A stretch of 64,000 bases of DNA, taken from sequence record NC_100331.1; one strand, written 5' to 3'. The notes under the pieces are model-generated. The model did not search any database. It was not told where the DNA came from and was given only the letters and a program-made list of their open reading frames with translations. Shown piece by piece: positions 60,853 through 64,000 of the stretch. Origin of the DNA: Escherichia phage vB_EcoS_HASG4. The position numbers and the translations under genes are program-made. How positions within the stretch are numbered: position 1 is the first letter of the stretch; each line of letters opens with the position of its first letter.

Positions 60853-61347
60853 ATGGCTGAGGAAAAATACGGCTTCTCGCTAGGGGAAGTGAGCACGGCT
60901 AAACACGATATGATCATTTTAGTTGATTGTCATACTGGCTATTGCGGGGAAGGGAACACCGAAGAATATTTTGTTCCTGCTGGTACGGATCTGGACGCTT
61001 TAGCTCACGAAATGGCTATGGATAATGCTTCTCGTTTTGGCAGCGATGGCTATGAAGACGAGGATACTGGCGAATGGTATGAAAATGAAAACGTATACGC
61101 AAGTCTTTATCATTATCAGTTAAGTAAATCCGGCACATATGTAAATGGCGGCGATCCTATTAATTCCGTTGTGAAATTAATTATTAAATATGGTGGCGTC
61201 GAGATAATTGATAACAAAGCGGTAATATATGCAAACCGATTAAAACAGCTTGTTTATATTCCTGATAATACCCGATGGGAGGAATACGCTGTTTTGCATG
61301 ACGAATTGAAACGATGTTTCAATATTGAAGCCCTACAAGTAGTCTAA
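60853..61347 (+). CDS. hypothetical acidic protein
   Basis: 164-aa ORF with AGGAGG SD; Asp/Glu-rich. Confidence 0.45.
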   Translation: MAEEKYGFSLGEVSTAKHDMIILVDCHTGYCGEGNTEEYFVPAGTDLDALAHEMAMDNASRFGSDGYEDEDTGEWYENENVYASLYHYQLSKSGTYVNGGDPINSVVKLIIKYGGVEIIDNKAVIYANRLKQLVYIPDNTRWEEYAVLHDELKRCFNIEALQVV

Positions 61348-61452
61348 TGTAAAGTTTTGTAAAGGTCGCCTTTTATGGTGGCCTTTTTTGTTATAATGCC
61401 TTTACACCAAAACGGTGGATTGAAAATTTTCCCAAAAATTTGGAGGCTTAAA

Positions 61453-61683
61453 ATGGTTGCATACTCTTCTGCTAGTCATCTGTTTACCGCGCAAGGCTGG
61501 GTATCTAATCGCGTCATTATTCATGAAATGGTGCAGGAGTTCGGCATTGCTAAAACGTATAATACCATTCAGGAACTATATAACGCCGATAAAATCGATC
61601 AGCAAACGGCTGGCTTTTTGCTGGATACCCTGAAAGCTGAACATTGCACTAAAAAGCAAGCTGCAAAAATTGTCTTAATGTAA
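61453..61683 (+). CDS. hypothetical protein
   Basis: Internal ATG at 61453 with GGAGG SD; the track's 61375 start lacks an SD. Confidence 0.4.
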   Translation: MVAYSSASHLFTAQGWVSNRVIIHEMVQEFGIAKTYNTIQELYNADKIDQQTAGFLLDTLKAEHCTKKQAAKIVLM

Positions 61684-61736
61684 TTAATAACGGGGGGGGG
61701 GTATTATATCCCCCGATAACTAGGAGGCTATCACAA

Positions 61737-61886
61737 ATGGTTATTTTTCGAGCTATTTTAGCGGGTATCTTGGGCGCTATTTTATCGTTATTTGCAATAG
61801 CTTTCGGTGTTCACGCCGTTATTATCGGCGCGGGTATCGCCGCATTTTCTTATCTGCTGGGCTGCATGACTAGTAAAGGAGAATAA
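61737..61886 (+). CDS. small membrane protein (49 aa)
   Basis: TAGGAGG SD 9 nt upstream; two hydrophobic segments; preceded by a G10 tract. Confidence 0.4.
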   Translation: MVIFRAILAGILGAILSLFAIAFGVHAVIIGAGIAAFSYLLGCMTSKGE

Positions 61887-61888
61887 AA

Positions 61889-62101
61889 ATGATTCGTAAC
61901 GTTTCCCTTGCACGTTCGAAAGGCTTTAGGCTGGTGGACGTTAACACGTTCGAGCGTGAAGATTGTAAAATCGAATATGTAGCACGTAACAAAAATGCCT
62001 TTCGTGTTACTGAGAAAAAATTCGACAAGCGCGGCAACGTGATCGCTGAAACAGTTAAACATTTTGCCACCTTTTATGCTGCGTTTCGTGGGGTATTATA
62101 A
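61889..62101 (+). CDS. hypothetical protein
   Basis: 70-aa ORF with GGAG SD, immediately after the previous stop. Confidence 0.4.
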   Translation: MIRNVSLARSKGFRLVDVNTFEREDCKIEYVARNKNAFRVTEKKFDKRGNVIAETVKHFATFYAAFRGVL

Positions 62102-62102
62102 A

Positions 62103-62447
62103 ATGGTTATTTATGAAGGCAACCGCTTTGTTACTAATTGCCGTCCGGCATTACTAGCAAACTACTTAAATCAGCTTTCCCCAGCTTATAAGGGCGTTAT
62201 TAATATTTATGAGGGCAAGGCGCATTATAAAATCAATGCGGTCGTTGCCCGTGAACTAGCGTTTCAATTTTTGACCTTTGCATCTTGTGACGTTCAGGTC
62301 ATGGGTGAGGCATTAATTGCAGAAAATGAAGATGATTTTATTAATATTTTCCGCAAGATATGCACCGAGCGCCTGATCATGAAAGGCGCTTATATTCAAT
62401 CCACTGCGGATAGTATTGAAACAGCGTTTCGAAAGGTGGCACAATGA
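62103..62447 (+). CDS. hypothetical protein
   Basis: ATG at 62103 directly after the upstream stop; 114 aa. Confidence 0.4.
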   Translation: MVIYEGNRFVTNCRPALLANYLNQLSPAYKGVINIYEGKAHYKINAVVARELAFQFLTFASCDVQVMGEALIAENEDDFINIFRKICTERLIMKGAYIQSTADSIETAFRKVAQ

Positions 62448-62602
62448 AAAAGTTTTTAATAGCTGGTATGTTTCCTTTGTTGCCTTATGTAATTTGCTGG
62501 GCTTTATATGCTCATGGTGCTAGTGTTCCCGGTGTGGCTTCATTTGGTGTATCGGCTGGTTTTCTAACCGGACTATTGGCAAGCGTATATTTACGCAAAT
62601 AA
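62444..62602 (+). CDS. small membrane protein (52 aa)
   Basis: ATG overlapping the upstream stop; two hydrophobic segments. Confidence 0.35.
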   Translation: MKKFLIAGMFPLLPYVICWALYAHGASVPGVASFGVSAGFLTGLLASVYLRK

Positions 62603-62620
62603 TTAATAACGGGAGTTATT

Positions 62621-62824
62621 ATGAGCAATAAAATTATTGTAACCAAAATCAGTACAATGGTTGATGTTTTTTACGTGCCCGATACGCCGGAGAATCGGCA
62701 AGCGGTTGAGCGTGGCGAGTATGATAAAGTGATTTATGATCACGATGGTTATTATCAGCATTTGGCGGATTCCTACGGGGAGGAGGAAAAAATCACGCAT
62801 CGACTACCGGAGGAGGATTTATGA
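62621..62824 (+). CDS. hypothetical protein
   Basis: 67-aa ORF with GGGAG SD. Confidence 0.4.
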   Translation: MSNKIIVTKISTMVDVFYVPDTPENRQAVERGEYDKVIYDHDGYYQHLADSYGEEEKITHRLPEEDL

Positions 62825-62925
62825 AACGATGGTTTAATCACTGGTATAAACGGTTTTTAGTACGCCGTCGCAAGTCTAGGCATCAAGATGAGTGGAGGGA
62901 GTGGGCAAAGCGTAACGGTTGCCCA
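62821..62925 (+). CDS. hypothetical small basic protein (uncertain)
   Basis: 34-aa Arg/Trp-rich ORF overlapping the previous stop. Confidence 0.2.
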
Positions 62926-62975
62926 CTACTATAATAATCACGGGGCGCAACTAGTAAGAAGTGCCCCCAATTCTC

Positions 62976-62996
62976 AAATGAGAATCATTCTCATTT
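62976..62996. repeat. perfect 21-bp palindrome AAATGAGAATCATTCTCATTT
   Basis: Read directly; the two 10-bp arms are exact reverse complements around a central C. Confidence 0.8.
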
Positions 62997-63190
62997 GACC
63001 GCGCCCGCGATGATTAGCCTGCTAATGGTTAGGGTGTTACGTGTCGCCTTGTGTGATCGTTAGCGTGCTAACTAATTTTCAAGCCTCCTCCAATTTTCCC
63101 CTTGTTTTAGTATCCCCGCCAAAATTAAACGCGTTAGAATGCGATTCAGGACGTTTTAAGCCTATATTAGAATTATTCACTGCATAGGAA

Positions 63191-63210
63191 TACTGTATAT
63201 TTATACAGTA
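63191..63210. promoter_or_regulatory. LexA-box-like palindrome TACTGTATATTTATACAGTA
   Basis: Fits CTGT-N8-ACAG with an all-AT spacer; one mismatch to TACTGTATATATATACAGTA. Confidence 0.5.
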
Positions 63211-63222
63211 GAATAACCTGGG

Positions 63223-63301
63223 GATAAGTCTGTGGATAACGCTTCAAAATGGCTAGGGTTCTGTCAAGTCAAATCGTGCTGTTGATAAGTCTGTGGATAA
63301 C
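63223..63301. repeat. exact 18-bp direct repeat GATAAGTCTGTGGATAAC x2, each with a DnaA box (TGTGGATAA)
   Basis: Copies at 63223-63240 and 63284-63301. Confidence 0.75.
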
Positions 63302-63332
63302 TTAAATAACAGTGTTTCTCACTTCCGTTTTT

Positions 63333-63500
63333 AAATGCGAATCATTATCATTCGCATTTCACTAGCTAACCGATAATCACTCCACTTTTTAAATGAGAAT
63401 CATTTCACTTCTTGAATAGTTCTCATTCCCTTTCTTAAATGCAAATCATTATCATTCGCATTTCACTTTTTAAATGAGATTGATTCTCATTATCATTCGC
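63333..63500. repeat. cluster of palindromes built from AAATG(C/A)GAAT half-sites
   Basis: AAATGCGAATCATTATCATTCGCATTT (63333-63359), AAATGAGAA...TTCTCATT (63391-63427), AAATGCAAATCATTATCATTCGCATTT (63437-63463), AAATGAGATTGATTCTCATT (63472-63491). Confidence 0.75.
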
Positions 63501-63533
63501 ATTCAGGCGAGCAAGGCAATTGCCCTGCGCTTT

Positions 63534-63757
63534 TGTGCAAATCCGACATTTGCCCCCATGGATTACGCGTGGGCATGTATGTGCGAATCCGACAATTTTT
63601 GGTAGTGTGCAAATCCGACCCGAAAAATTTTTATAGTGTGCGAATCCGACAATGAATTTTCCTAAAAACTCCAGCAATCACGAACTGCGTTCGAATCCTG
63701 TGGAATTAGCTAGAGTATGTGCAAATCCGACATGTGTTGAGCTGTGCGAATCCGACA
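63534..63757. repeat. six direct 15-bp iterons TGTGC(G/A)AATCCGAC(A/C)
   Basis: Copies start at 63534, 63580, 63606, 63637, 63718, 63743; spacings 46, 26, 31, 81, 25 bp; a degenerate copy (CGTTCGAATCC) near 63690. Confidence 0.8.
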
Positions 63758-64000
63758 AGATTTTTGTGACTTCGATTGGAGGGTGTGTGATTGTATAGGT
63801 TTGAGGAGAAGATGAGAGAGCGAGAGAAATTTTGGGACTAGAAGGATGTGGGCGCAAGATTGGTGCGGAGCACCTGATTTGCGGGGATTTTGGGGGAGAG
63901 TTGAGATAATTTGGGAAGATTTGAGATAGGTGCAGAAAAAGTAAAATTTTATTAGCTAAATGGAGCAAAATAGCTTGACAAGTGAAAATTCTTGTGGCTC

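Noticed and set aside
63688-63703. tRNA, suggested by a GTTCGAATCC T-loop-like sequence
   Set aside because: The flanking sequence cannot form a complementary T-stem or acceptor stem; no cloverleaf could be built by eye here or in the 3.2-3.8 kb leader.
63534-63757. CRISPR array
   Set aside because: The repeats are only 15 bp with irregular spacing (25-81 bp), one spacer itself contains motif-like sequence, and there are no cas genes; an iteron or binding-site array fits better.
63435-63968. Two - strand ORFs of 80 and 96 aa in the terminal repeat region
   Set aside because: They overlie the palindrome and iteron arrays, have low-complexity translations and no ribosome-binding site; probably non-coding.

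Overview
The window reads as a nearly continuous stretch of a T5-like siphophage genome (Tequintavirus-type); gene content, gene order and several protein sequences match what I recall of T5, but no database search was possible. Positions 1-25,150 carry a + strand early/replication module: SIR2-family protein, large Walker A/B ATPase, split NAD-dependent DNA ligase, DnaB-like helicase, DnaG-like primase, family A DNA polymerase, SF2 helicase, SbcD/SbcC-like pair, flap endonuclease, dUTPase. They are driven by a family of very similar strong sigma70-type promoters (TTGCTA-N17/18-TATAAT plus an AT-rich ATAAATT..GAGAG downstream box). Positions 25,190-52,500 carry a - strand late module: L-shaped tail fibre, tail tip proteins, tape measure, tail tube, major capsid protein, protease, decoration protein, portal, HNH and T5orf172-type endonucleases, terminase, receptor-binding protein. 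A + strand lipoprotein (Llp-like) follows, then a more GC-rich pre-early-like block (dmp-, A1-, A2-like genes and many small ORFs) ending in a dense repeat, palindrome and DnaA-box region at 62.9-64.0 kb. The most notable observations are: a portal gene whose 5' third is spread over three reading frames, with one break at a GTGTGTG tract; an origin-like arrangement of AT-rich repeats, perfect DnaA boxes, a LexA-box-like palindrome and six 15-bp iterons; an operon of four translationally coupled small membrane proteins after llp; a zinc-module-less SIR2 protein among early genes; and conserved hairpin-plus-motif elements in front of three late genes. No CRISPR array, rRNA or convincing tRNA was seen.
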